Positions 53,401-64,000 of a DNA stretch of 64,000 nt are shown piece by piece. A program made the position numbers and the translations under genes. Each line of letters starts with the position of its first letter. Position 1 is the first letter of the stretch. Under the pieces are notes generated by a model. The model was not told the origin of the DNA. It made no database searches and saw only the letters and a list, made by a program, of their open reading frames with translations. The DNA comes from Prorocentrum cordatum (Eukaryota): the NCBI GenBank assembly GCA_963575745.1, contig CAUYUJ010000004.1:248001-312000 (forward strand), read 5' to 3'.

Positions 53401-54759
53401 ATGGAGGGCGTATTGAAAGCGTGAGTGCTGGTCAGTTGCGTGCAGACTGCATGATCAAAACGGCCAAGCTAGCCGTATTATGTTTCTGCCAACCTTCTGG
53501 CGGCTCAGCCGTCCGGGATGGTCATATTACGTGCGCGACGAGAGAAGACGGGCATGCCAAGCAGGAGGCGGACATTAAAGACCGAGTCATGCACTAGCAG
53601 GGCTGGGCTCCTGCTGTGGGCAATATACCCACGTCGATAGTTAATGCCCGCCCGTTTAAGGCGCCATTGATTGACAACGATTTTCCAGCCGTCTCAGACG
53701 GATCTGGAGGTGGTGCAGTACACTCATTTTGCTCAGAGGCTTTTGTGAACTTTCTTAAGAAGGGAGCCGCGTATAACGACTTTTTCCCATGGAAGGATGA
53801 TGTCTACTTCTTGCCGCGCGGAGAAACTTTCTGTCCTGGAATGCCACCAAAGGGGAAGAGCCAAATATCGGAGGACGAAGGCGTGCACAATGATGAGCCT
53901 ATGCGTACTGCACTCAACGAACTGAACAAGGCAGCGCCAGCGGCTGCACCGAGCGGCTTAGCCGTCTCGGTGAGTGGCGCGACGTCGGGCGACATAGCTG
54001 TCCCTGTCCACGTCGCACCATCAGCTGGTGCTGCTGCTTCGGCCGGAGATGCCAGGCCCGGCGGCTCAGCCGCCACGGGCTCTGGTTCCAGAGCGCGAAC
54101 GGCTCAGTCGCCTCGCGCTCCCCTTTTGGCGCCACCATCTGGTATCAAAGAGATAGAGACACCCGGTGAAGCGGCAAAAAGATTCATCCGTAATAAGTGC
54201 CCGGAGGGAGGCGAAACTAAGCTCAGCAGCAGATGCAAATCCCCGAAGCGGCCAAAAGAAGGTAGCCCTGGAGAAGAAGAGCCCTTCTGGCCGCATTGTC
54301 TTCCATACCAGCAGACAAAGAGGTTGCCTTTTCAAAGCTCATCAGGAACATAAATCACATATCATGATTTTCTTTGTCCATTCACGGTTGCTAGCAAAAA
54401 CTTCCATCGTGGCATGATGCCAGGGAACGCCTACCCGGGCGAGGAAGGCCGCGTTGCAGAGGTCGCGCAAGGGAAGAATCCTGCTAGAAGCAAGCAACAG
54501 AAAATGGTTCAGAAAGCAGCTAACAGCGAAGCGTGGCTGGCTTTCCAGTTGCTGCATAAGTCAACAAAAGTCCCGCCTGCGACACCGAGTTACATAGTTC
54601 CCAATTGGGCACGTTTCTTTAGGATCACAGCCGACAGATCGATAGCAAGCTCGAAAGCCACTGTGGCTGATCGCTTGAACTGGGCTAAGCTAGCGGTGAA
54701 GACCCATGAGGTGGGCAGGGCCCACTGCGTCGAACTTTCATTGCCTTTCTTCGTGACAG

Positions 54760-55110
54760 ATGAAAAGACTGCGGAAGTCTCAGACTCATCCGCAGGTTGG
54801 ACAAAGCAGTCACACGGTACGTCTGTGACTGCACTTCATGCAATACTGGAGGGTCATCAATTGCTCCCTTCGGATTCCAGATACGGAGGGAATGTTAAGA
54901 CGCATGCGGTTGGGGTATATTTTCCCCATGTGCTGATAACCCCAGTACTCACACCGCGTATTCTGTTGCTGAGGAGACCTTTGGAGATGGTATTTGGGTA
55001 ACTGCTGAGATTGTTTTCTATGCCAAAAGGCCAAAGGCCATAAGAGGATCGCCGACGCAGTATGTGAGCGACTCAACGGGCGATGCGTTGCATGAGCTTC
55101 GACTATACCA
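54760..55110 (+). pseudogene. PARP-type ADP-ribosyltransferase-like domain (one frameshift at ~54921-54927)
   Basis: SHGTS...ILEGHQLLPS...GVYF; after a 1-nt correction SP...AYS...FGDGIW...QYV. Confidence 0.65.
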
Positions 55111-57808
55111 TTGGGCCCCGGCAGCGCTGCGCGTTGCAGATGCGCGGGCGCACTTGCTGCATGTTGCCAAACAGAATGGTTGGAATCTGGAGCAGGACTT
55201 TGAGGTCGAGAGATGCCGAGGTGAAAATCGGACGGCGGCCACGGACAAAGTCCGGGAGGCACAGATGGCCATTTGCCTGGCAAAGGGGACAGAGCCCTTA
55301 CTTTGATAACGAAACTTTTGGCAACATTTGGCCCTGGCTCCAAGAGAAGGGAGTCAGGTTGACCAAGATTCATGCAATACACAGGAGTGAGGTCTCAGAG
55401 GAGTCCGCGAAGCTGGTCGAACAAAATCGACAGGAAAAAGAGAAGGCGACAAAGGCGGCGGAAGCAAAACAGGTGGACCGGCGGCTAAGCCGTCCAGCGC
55501 CCAATTTTCGATTGAGACCGGGGATTCCCCGATCCTGGGACAGACTCCTGCGACCCAAGAGAGGGCGTGCAAGGCGCCGCCCCCGGGGCCGTGACTTGGC
55601 CCTCTACTCTTAAGGCCCCTCCTCATCCTAAGGAGGGATCACCTTATGGAGGACCGGGAGAGATCGCCACCCCCAAAGGGGCTCCACCGGCGATTCAAGC
55701 ACCGACGCCGCCGCCGGCCAAGAAGCCGAGCGTTGCAACGCAGGGGAGTGTACCGCAGGCAAAGGAGATTATGCCCAAGAAAGCTCCGCCTCCGCCGCAA
55801 TTTAGACCAGAATCACAGATGGTGGGTCCTCCGCCAGCGAAGATGCCCCGAGTTGAAGGAAACCTTGCGGCATCCCCGCCGACGCAGCCAGAGGCAAAGC
55901 CGGGAGGCAAGGACGCGGCTGGCAGCCCGCCTTGGAAACCAAGTATTCTTGATCCTCCGCCCAGTTTGACCGAATTCATTGGAATCAATGTTTCCGACCC
56001 TCCGCCTATCGATCAGAGCCATCAGAATGCTGAGCCTCAGTATAAATCTGCACCTAGAGGGGCCAGGCGCTGGGGAGACTCACAGCATGCCGATGGCAAT
56101 GCTGCGCGATATCAACCCGCAGAAGAGCAGAACTCCGTTGAAAGCGCATTGATGGCCGAGGCGAAAGCTACCCCCGCTGAGGAGGCGGCTCCTGCCCGAG
56201 ACGGAGATGAAGACACATTGGACATCCCAGGAGCACCCCCCCCCGACTCAGTCGGATGGGGATCATTCATCTGAGGACTCGCCAGTGTTAGTCGGAAGCG
56301 ATGATATAATTATTATCTTCCAAGTCATAAAACACGTCTCGAGTATACACTTCTCGCGCCCCGGGGCATACAGTGCATTGAAAAATGAAAACAGTTATTT
56401 TACCATTGGCGCGGCCGCAGATCGAGAGCGCAAGAAACTTGACAGCCCGAGACTGCCGAATCCACAAGGTGCAGAATAGAAGAACATTGACCAAATATCT
56501 ATTCCACTGTATGGAACAGATTTGCAGATGCTGTTGTCGAGCAGATCCATAAACCGGAACCAAATTTTATCCGCGCTCCTATAGTGCGTGAGAGACCCAG
56601 GAGGTCTAGACGTGAAGAGGCAGGTGGTTCGGGAGCGAGCGTGACAAGAGTACCTACTCCTCCTGCCCCTCCGTCCGGCTCAGCCGCGACGGCTAATCTT
56701 CCGACCCCTCCGCCTGGTCCAACCAGAGCGGAGCATGATGATCAGCTGGACACGCATCAAGAACAGTCGTCTCCCACGGTGGTTCCGTCTCCTACGGTGG
56801 AACCACCGGACGAGGGGGCAACATATGTTCCCAAGGCATCAGCAATGCACCCGGATGTCTCAGGCAATCCGGGGATCTCGGGGGCAGACGCTGAACCTGA
56901 GGATATTACAACCTTTCCATGCGACAAGGACCCCGCGCTCATTGCTTCTATGGAAGACGAGACTTACCCTTTTGGTCCAGCATCTGGAAATATGTTATGC
57001 AGAATGAGTCTGCCGCCTGCTCCTGATAAGAGACAGAGCGAGCCCCCGTCCGTAGATCCTAGTGATGGGGGTCAAGACGTCGTCGCGGGGCATGCTGTCT
57101 CATTCAAGGGCAGACAGCTGTATCTTACGACAGAAGAACGCGGACGAGTCAGTCGAATAACACTTGGACCGATGAAACAGAAGGTCCGCGACGCACATAT
57201 GACTGGCCCCGTTCCGCCGCATATCGAAGCCATCCGCAACCAGACGGGGAACGCGCTTCGCTGCATTGAATTTGCGGAAGACCAGATTTTCGCATTGTTG
57301 AGCAGCCTCAGCCAAGCTGACAGCACGTTTGAACAGGCAACAGATTTCCTCAGAGCTGAATTTCATTTCGATGATGTCCCAGAAGGATTTACTCCAGAGA
57401 CCTTTGCGTGCCTGGAGCCGCTGGTAGTTGGGATCGACGACAGCGTTAATCCGGCTGCATTGGGCAGTGCGGACACGTGTTGTACCCAGAGCTGTCGAAC
57501 GGATATATTTGCTGGGAAAAATATGCAAATGTGCTGTGTATCTCGCGAGGCATTGCTCTGACTATGCGAGATCGTCGGGTGGCTGGGTCTAAGACCTGGC
57601 GCAGGAAATCGAAGAGGACGGTTTTACTTTTCAATCGTATGCTCTTGCTGCACGCGGCTTAGCCGCGTTGCCGCCAGAGACAGTGGAAGTTTTGGGAATA
57701 CTTCCTAAGGATAGTGACAAGATTGTTGGAACCAGTGTTCGCAAAATGTGGACACGATATAAGGCATGCCCATCGCACGATATCGTGTTCATGGAATGCG
57801 GACACGAT

Positions 57809-57846
<38 letters not shown>

Positions 57847-60800
57847 CGATACCGCCATACCTATTTTCCATCGAGCATGCCAGGGACATTCAACATTCGT
57901 TGCTTCTATTGAAAGGATGTGTGTCCCATATGACCCTGGCCAAGTCAGGAGTCATGGATCTCTTTTTTCATATCACGGACTTGCAGACATTTTTGGAACC
58001 TACGGATGGAAGAGTCCGCTTTCCGAAGAGAGACTCAGGGCTCTGTCGGGAAGCAGATTATGATTTGCTGAGGCTGCTTCCGACGAAATGGAGCCCAACA
58101 GTGCCTGACCCCACAAGTATTCCCTCGTGGCTCAGCCAGCGGAGGTGCGGAGAACCTCCCCCCCCAAGGAGTTTTGTGCCCATGGGGCGTGAGGCACAGA
58201 GAGGAGAAACGCCATCGGTGGGGACTTGGCCCGCAGACGACACCATCCACCTATGAGAACAACTTCCCAGCCATCGCGAGTCCTGGGAGCTTGCTCTTGT
58301 TGTCACCGGCCGAGTGCTCACTCGCTTCTCACGCAGGATTTGCCCAGACGGGACCCTGGTGTCCCGAGAGGTGCCGAGATTCACCGACATTGACAGAGCC
58401 GTCTCCCTCGTTAGACAAACGAACCAGATGCGTTGGTCGGTACTTTTCGATCGCGAGTGGGCCTCGTACGAAGTGACTTTCGACAACGAGTGGATTATTG
58501 CTTGGATTCACGCAGACGAGATTCTGTTGTTGGCTTGGAATCGTCGGCCAGAGCTGTCGCCCGAAATACAGGAACGGGTTCTATTCGTCCCTTGGGAAGA
58601 TGATGGAAGGTTCCTATGCTTCCGTTATCACTGGGTGAGAACGGGCTTTGAACATTGTCCGGTCTGCAGCTGTCGAATCAAATGCAAGCACAGAGTCACT
58701 CACGATTACATGTCTCAGACGTGGAATCTTGAGATAATCCCGCGGTCCCTTGAGGCGAATGGACTTGTACTACGGGTGAGAGATCACGCCAATCTTCCCT
58801 GGAACCGTGCCCAATGGATCGAAGTGCGTGGGGATGGACAACAGAGGGCTTCTGCGCTCGTAATGAAGAACATCAGCAGTAATCATCAGCAGGAGCGAAA
58901 ATGGGCGAGTGGGGAATATGTTAAGATGGCTGCATCAGGCCAGATATTCGGCAACAGCCTGCCAGGCAATTTCCCTGCTTGGGTACCAACGGACGCCGTG
59001 GCTCAGCCGCCGGCGCGCCATGGCCCTTTCTTCCAGTATTTGAGGCCCTTGGTCAGAAGGTTCATAGGATGGCTTGAATACTCAGCCAGAAGGATGAGAA
59101 GGCGCACCCCAGCGATCAATACCTGGTGGCCGCTGCTATGGAAGACGAATATTGGCCAGTATGCTCGCCCAATATCTTGCCCAGCTTTGGCAGCCTTCGA
59201 CTGGCCAAGTGTACGGGGCGACATAGTCGAACCAGTGATAGGCTGGGAGAGATGGTATAGCGACATGACTAGAACAAATGTCTTCGCCCCGACGCTTCAA
59301 ACAATTTATGGCGCGGCGGCCTTGGGGACACCATGGTTGCCTGTGCAGAATGAAGACGTTGCGGAAGACGTAGGAGAAAATCCTAGAGGGCAAAACCCTC
59401 GCGGACGATTGCCGGTCGTCTGGGAGAACAATTTCAGGGCGAGGCCGACTCGCAGTTCTCAGTCCGTTGCAAGACGGATCAACGAATGTGAGGACCATCG
59501 CCTCATAGTGCCAGCGTTGCTACCTGCCACCGGCGCAGCCGCGAGGGCAGGCGAACAATCACAGATGGGACTGGACTTCTCAGCGATCAGCGGGCCTAAG
59601 GCTGCGCTGATAACCGAAGGAGCGATCAACCTCCATCAGCCCAACGGATATGCATACAACCACTGCGAAGACCCTTCAGTTGAAATAGTTTTGTTTGGGA
59701 TAGAGGCAAGGGCGATTGCAGCTCAATGTGTTATCGAATACACAGGCATACGCCCAAGTGATCCCCATAGGATACAACTGATCGGGGAAGTGGAACATGA
59801 GGTCCCACCCATTGTCAAGGACATAGTTGATGGAAGCTGGTTGGCCTCCGTACAGCAGATGCAACTGGGTCTTCGTCCCATAAGAATTGTTGCGATCGTT
59901 CGCGAGACTATGAGCTCCTTCATTTCGGAGGGACATTTTATCGGTTACCCGGGGCGAGTAATTCGCCCCGACGGAGCGAGCACGGACCTCATTGCTAAGA
60001 TGCGACGGAAAGATGAATATGCTCTTGACTGCCGCATTCGCGCCGCCGTTCAGACGGACGACATACTAGAGGAATGGGCCCGTAATCTGGGCAGGAAGGT
60101 GCAGACTGACGTCCGTTGCAAGGGTGCTCTGTTGCAAGAGGCCATTTCTTGGCTTCAGGACAAATATACCGATCCTGGGACAGAGCTCCAGGATTTTGTC
60201 GCAGGACCGTTCCGCACTGCATGCGGAATATATGGTATCCCAGTAGCTACCGCTGCTAGGAGTTTGTTAAAATTTATGCGAGATCGTGAGAATAGACACG
60301 ACAATCCACACCACGGCGGCGAAGCCGCTCCCGTGGGACCAATAAGGGCACAGGACGAGGTGAAAGCCAGACCACCAGCAGCACCTCGACCGCTCAGACC
60401 CGACGTCTCAGACGTTCGGGCTGCCGATGACGCTACCGAATCCCCGCGTTTGTCGCCGGCTCAGCCGTGGCGACGAGAGAGGAATACTCAATGCATTCCA
60501 ACGCTTGGGATCGGTCGGTGCCCCGGCGCGCGCGCGATGGGGCCATGGGCGCGGGCCGCGGCGCTGCTGGCTACGACCCGCGCGTGTCCTACCCGCGCTA
60601 CGTGAACGATGTTCATGTCGGGCACTACGTCCACCGGGACCGGATCACGTGGTTGTCCGACGAGGTCTGGTGGACGCTGGATCTGTGGCATACGCTGTCT
60701 ACGTTTGAGCATGACGCTCACTTCCCGCTGAATAAGGGGAAGGCGTCCAAGAACCAGGAGAAGAGCTACAGTGCTGCAGATCATACTAGCAAAGGAAAGC

Positions 60801-60916
60801 GACGGTCCCGCTCGCCTCGCGGCGGAGACGGACAGACTGGAGGTTCGGCGCCGTCGAACCCGCCGCTTCCGGCGCCGCCCACGGAAGAGGAGAACCCGTG
60901 GGATGAGCTGGGCTGA
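55110..60916 (+). pseudogene. Remaining cargo reading frames of unknown function (Pro-rich linkers; globular-looking regions 57100-58060 and 58314-60300)
   Basis: Abutting + strand ORF fragments, including a 763-aa ORF of complex composition with a CPVC motif, running to near the PPT. Confidence 0.6.
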
Positions 60917-61190
60917 GATCCGCCCGCGTGACTTAGTCGCGGCAGGCGCATGCATGGAAGTTCCCGTCCACGCGCGGCGCGCGTGTTGGACGGGCTAACA
61001 ACTCTACTGGTCGGCTAAGCTGGTCCAGCGGAGAGAACTTATTTTAACGATGTGGGAGTCGTCGGGCCTCTTCGGCCCTTAGCCCTCTGGCGGCCACCGT
61101 TGAGCGGTATTTTTTTTGTGCGGTTCGCTCCGGTGGTTGTAAATAATTAGGCCGGGGGTGCTGTGGCCGGATGGGCTCTACGAGGCCCGC

Positions 61191-61200
61191 CGCGGGGGGG
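61191..61200 (+). promoter_or_regulatory. Polypurine tract (GCGGGGGGG) before the 3' LTR
   Basis: G-run immediately 5' of the LTR start. Confidence 0.75.
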
Positions 61201-61544
61201 AGTAAATATGCTCCTCTCCGCTTCATAATAATGTATACATTATGACCCATCTTGCATGCTGCGCACTGTCTGACTCGAACTAATGCTGCATACTGCAGCT
61301 GTTTGTTTACTCAACAAGCTTTTGTTTGCTTGCAGGAAAGAAAAGGAGCGCGCCTGCCCTCGGCCGTCGCGTGTCGTTGGTCGTCGGCGGGCCGGCCTCC
61401 TCCCTTCACATTCCTGATGCAGTAAACTTGCTTACCGGATACTTGTCTTATCGATGTATCATCCCGCCCCGTCTCTCCCTGAGCAGAGTGGACATGAGAT
61501 CTTAATTCCTTTGGCATCTTACCCCGATTCTCAGAGGAAAGACT
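61201..61544 (+). repeat. 3' LTR (344 bp), AGT...ACT
   Basis: Homologous to 24146-24490; roughly 80% identical by eye. Confidence 0.9.
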
Positions 61545-62854
61545 GTAGGGTTCGCATGTGGCCCCCCATGAGGAAGTTTTTGTTCAAGGGCGAACGGCGG
61601 CATGCATCTATGTCGGAGCTCCGCGCGGATTTCTTGTGGGCGCCGGGCCCTCCTGGCGGCGCCTCCTGCGCCACCCCTGGCGCGCTTCGCGCGCAAGTCG
61701 GGGAGGTCCAACGCCGATCCCGCAAATCTGTGCGGGACTTAGAGAAATCTGGTCTGTGCAGTTTTTGTTCCTCTTGGAACGTGTCTGGGTAACCACCTGA
61801 GGTTTTTGGGCGTTTCTGGAAATCATCGCGGCTGGACGCAGCTCGAAAAGCTGGCCACGACAGTTCCCAGGGGGGGGCTGGTAACCGGTTCGGAGCGGAT
61901 TTGCGTCGGAGGTAAGGCGAGGGTGGTGGCTTTCTAAGACGTTTTTTTCAGCAGCGTCCGATCTTTTTATGGAGCCCACTTGTTTCTGAAAAGGCACTCC
62001 GGCCGCCTGAGGTCCCGCCCTCTTCTGCCCTGTCTCCCTAATTCAAGCTGTGCGTCGCCCGCCTAGCTTTTAGCGGAAGAGGTTCGCTCTCGCCCCGCCG
62101 ACCAAAAAAACATGTTTCTTAGAAGGCCACCCCACCTCGACCCACCCCCTTGTGCGCGCCGCGAATCTCAGGGTACCTTGCCAGGCTGCCCTGACATCCA
62201 GGCGTTGTGAAACACATGCGACGAGCGTTCTGGCTATGTACGTTCTGGGCCCGGGGACCCCAGCGGCCCGGGACTCCAGCATATCGATCCCCTGCGAGCA
62301 AGTAGGCCGATCATTAGATCTAGAGGTCCCGTCACGTTTTTCGACAGATCAATTCTGTGCACGGCTTGTAACTCTCACGCGGCACAAATCCACAACTATG
62401 CGTTGGTTGGCGCTGGAAGTTTTAATCGTTTTATGTGTCAGTTGACCAAGGCGATTTGTTGATGCTGCTGCCCCGTCGCGGGGCAGCTCCAAAGAAGTTC
62501 CTCTCTAGAGGGGCTATTGTTCAGCGTTCCTTCGTTGCGGATGCTTATTTCCTGGTCTTCCTCTTTTATTTATGCTGCGAGGAAATAGTGAAGAATTTGC
62601 ACACACACACACACACACACACGCCCCTCGGCAGGGCGGGTGGGCCGTCTCGGGAGGAGGAGGGAGAGGAGGAGGAGGAGGAGGAGGAGGAGGAGGAGGA
62701 GGAGGAGGAGGACCAGTGTACACCCAAGACGCATCAACGATGTGGCAATACACCCTGCCTCCAAATTCCCTCTGCATTGGCTTCTACAAGAAATTATTGA
62801 ACATAAAATAGCACCCCATAAAAAGACAACCGTCTGAAAACAATTTTACCAAGG

Positions 62855-63380
62855 CAGAACTCCTGGGACTTCAACGCCGCGAATCAATGGAATTGTTGTG
62901 TTCTGACAGTCATAACTCGTACCAGAACACCGTTCCTGAGATTTCAGCACCGCGAATCAGCATGATTGCTGCGTCCTGACAGTCTCAACTCGTGCCAGAA
63001 CACCTTTCCTGGGACTTCAAGCCTACGGATCTTTGAGCTTGCTGTGCACGTGTAAGACAACTGCGTGCAGCGCTGAGGCGAAAACTACATGCTGAAAACA
63101 CTACACACTCCGTGCATGAAGCTGTTGCAAATGTTAAGGCGAACATGCGCGGCGCTAAGGCGAGAGCCACTGATAACTACCCGCCCTCCATCTCTGAAAC
63201 TATTGCAAGCTTGTAAGACGACCGTGCGCGGCGCTAAGGCGGGAGCCACATTTTGAAAACCGCCCGCCTTCCATATTTGAAGCTGTTGCCATGTTTGAAG
63301 ACAATTGTGCGCGGCGCTAAGGCGAGTACCACATTTGAACATCCACCCGCTCTCCATCCTAGACTTTGCTGCAAATTTCA
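62855..63380. repeat. Two degenerate minisatellites (~70-bp ccagaacac...cctgggacttcaa units; ~80-bp gcgcggcgctaaggcg units)
   Basis: Motifs recur 3-4 times each. Confidence 0.7.
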
Positions 63381-63699
63381 AACGTCATACCTCACGTTGT
63401 GAGGAAGTATCTGGCGAAAAGCCCAGCCCGCCCTGCCGACTCGTCTGGAGGTGCGACAGGGATGAGCTCTGTATGAGGAAACGGAAACGGGATGGAGGAG
63501 GAGGAAGAGGAGGAAGAGGCGGAGGAGGAGGGCGAGAAGACGAATGAGCAGGATGTGTTTGTTTGTGGGACGACTGCACGATCACAAAGCAATCGGGGAG
63601 GGGCCGGTGACCTTCCAGATTTGTTCGCACATGCCATTTGATCGATCCGCGACCAAGGGAAGCAGGCTTGGAACCCTGATGGCACGGCCGCCCCCGCAG

Positions 63700-63821
63700 G
63701 CGGTTTTTCCAGAAGATGGCCTGTGGTACGACTGCATGATTACAGAGCAGACGGAGAAGGGCTACAAGGTCAGCTTCACCGAGTATAGCGGCAAGGCGGA
63801 GGTGAAGTTCGACCAGATCAG
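63700..63821 (+). CDS. Host gene exon E, second Tudor domain (AVFPEDGLWYDCMITEQTEKGYKVSFTEYSGKAEVKFDQIR)
   Basis: cgcAG acceptor. Joined to exon D it reads GTRCQAVFPEDGLWY...V-x-FTEY, an SMN/SPF30-type Tudor aromatic-cage pattern. Probable AG|GCAAG donor; exact 3' end uncertain. Confidence 0.85.
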
Positions 63822-64000
63822 GCAAGGGCCAGACTGAAGAGAAGCCGCAGGGTCTTGGTGAGGGAGGGCGTGGTTGGAAGTGTGCAGGGTCTGGCGGGGT
63901 GCCAATGGCGCTGGTGGTGGAGTACGTGGTCGTGTGTGGAAGTAGCAGGGTGACTGTGACGACAAAGTCGGCCTGTTGATGGCAGCAATGGTGACGAATA

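Overview
Eukaryotic, GC-rich, repeat-dense DNA, most likely dinoflagellate (inferred from GC/GA splice donors, very long introns and methyltransferase-carrying copia elements). The whole window lies inside one + strand host gene. Five small exons (1576-1685, 16933-16959, 22410-22527, 23506-23580, 63700-~63821) join in frame into a tandem-Tudor protein resembling SPF30/SMNDC1. Intron 1 (15 kb) holds two 3'-truncated LTR retrotransposons fused tail-to-tail; the minus-strand one has a C5 DNA methyltransferase between protease and integrase. Intron 4 (40 kb) is almost entirely a chimera of two decayed copies of a giant (~23 kb reconstructed) Ty1/copia-order element. That element has 345-bp LTRs ending AGT...ACT instead of TG...CA, a PBS resembling a tRNA anticodon-arm half, CCCH-finger Gag and a conserved in-frame UGA plus stem-loop at the gag/pol border. 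After PR-INT-RT-RH it carries about 11 kb of cargo: a DNMT-like domain, an SGNH-hydrolase-like domain, a PARP-type ADP-ribosyltransferase-like domain and unrecognised domains. It is studded with a frame-independent palindrome, CGRCTNAGYCG. The rest is microsatellites, minisatellites and small TIR elements. All domain calls are by-eye motif recognition; no database search was run.
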